A stretch of 62,241 nt of DNA, filler included, from Porpidia crustulata (lineage: Eukaryota): NCBI GenBank assembly GCA_964255105.1. It is 5 parts of 5 records of this genome, joined end to end, with 100 filler letters (N's around TTAATTAATTAA, not from the genome) between each part and the next. Parts side by side here need not be neighbours in the genome. Positions count along the whole stretch, not along the records: positions 49,893 to 62,241 come from CAXUWE010000545.1; 4 more parts are not named here. One strand, given 5' to 3'. The notes under the pieces are model-generated. The model was not told the origin of the DNA. It did no database searches and was given only the letters and a program-made list of their open reading frames with translations. Within the stretch, counting starts at the first letter, position 1; each line of letters opens with the position of its first letter. Both the position numbers and the translations under genes were made by a program. Positions 62,186-62,241 of this stretch are shown here, one piece after another.

Positions 62186-62241
62186 GTGGAGGTTTTTGGG
62201 TGGTAGGGCGAGGGGGTGTTGGGGTGTTGGGTGTTGGGTAG

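Noticed and set aside
1..62241. CRISPR arrays, rRNA, tRNA or autonomous transposons
   Set aside because: I saw no repeat-spacer array, RNA-gene signature, or transposase/reverse-transcriptase motif. A tRNAscan/Infernal run would be needed to exclude small RNA genes.

Overview
Intron-containing genomic DNA from a filamentous ascomycete (Pezizomycotina-type genes, GT-AG introns with CTAAC/CTGAC branch sites). The window is not one locus. Four identical 100-nt spacers (N44-TTAATTAATTAA-N44) join five segments of 12385, 12376, 12375, 12356 and 12349 nt. The lengths strictly decrease, so these are almost certainly size-sorted, unrelated contigs. Segment 1: a ~2,800-codon double-sacsin-ATPase + BTB gene disrupted only in its 5' third, and VFA1. 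Segment 2: Mit1-like CHD remodeler, MRM1 and a truncated CCCH protein. Segment 3: a 190-bp TA-flanked MITE, AT-hook/EVE protein, NTM1, ALDH, DHA1 MFS transporter, 1-Cys peroxiredoxin and a truncated Ral2/Mds3-like kelch protein. Segment 4: two uncharacterised proteins, a frameshifted SDR with a 6-nt microexon, a 74-aa spliced zinc-ribbon gene missing from the ORF track, and a truncated PI-PLC. Segment 5: cytochrome P450, a divergent ELO fatty-acid elongase, a THEM6/LcsJ-type thioesterase and a DHA2 efflux pump. Segment 5 is the best candidate for an undescribed system: a biosynthetic cluster centred on an elongase, with no PKS or FAS visible. Family calls come from motif recognition by eye, not database searches.
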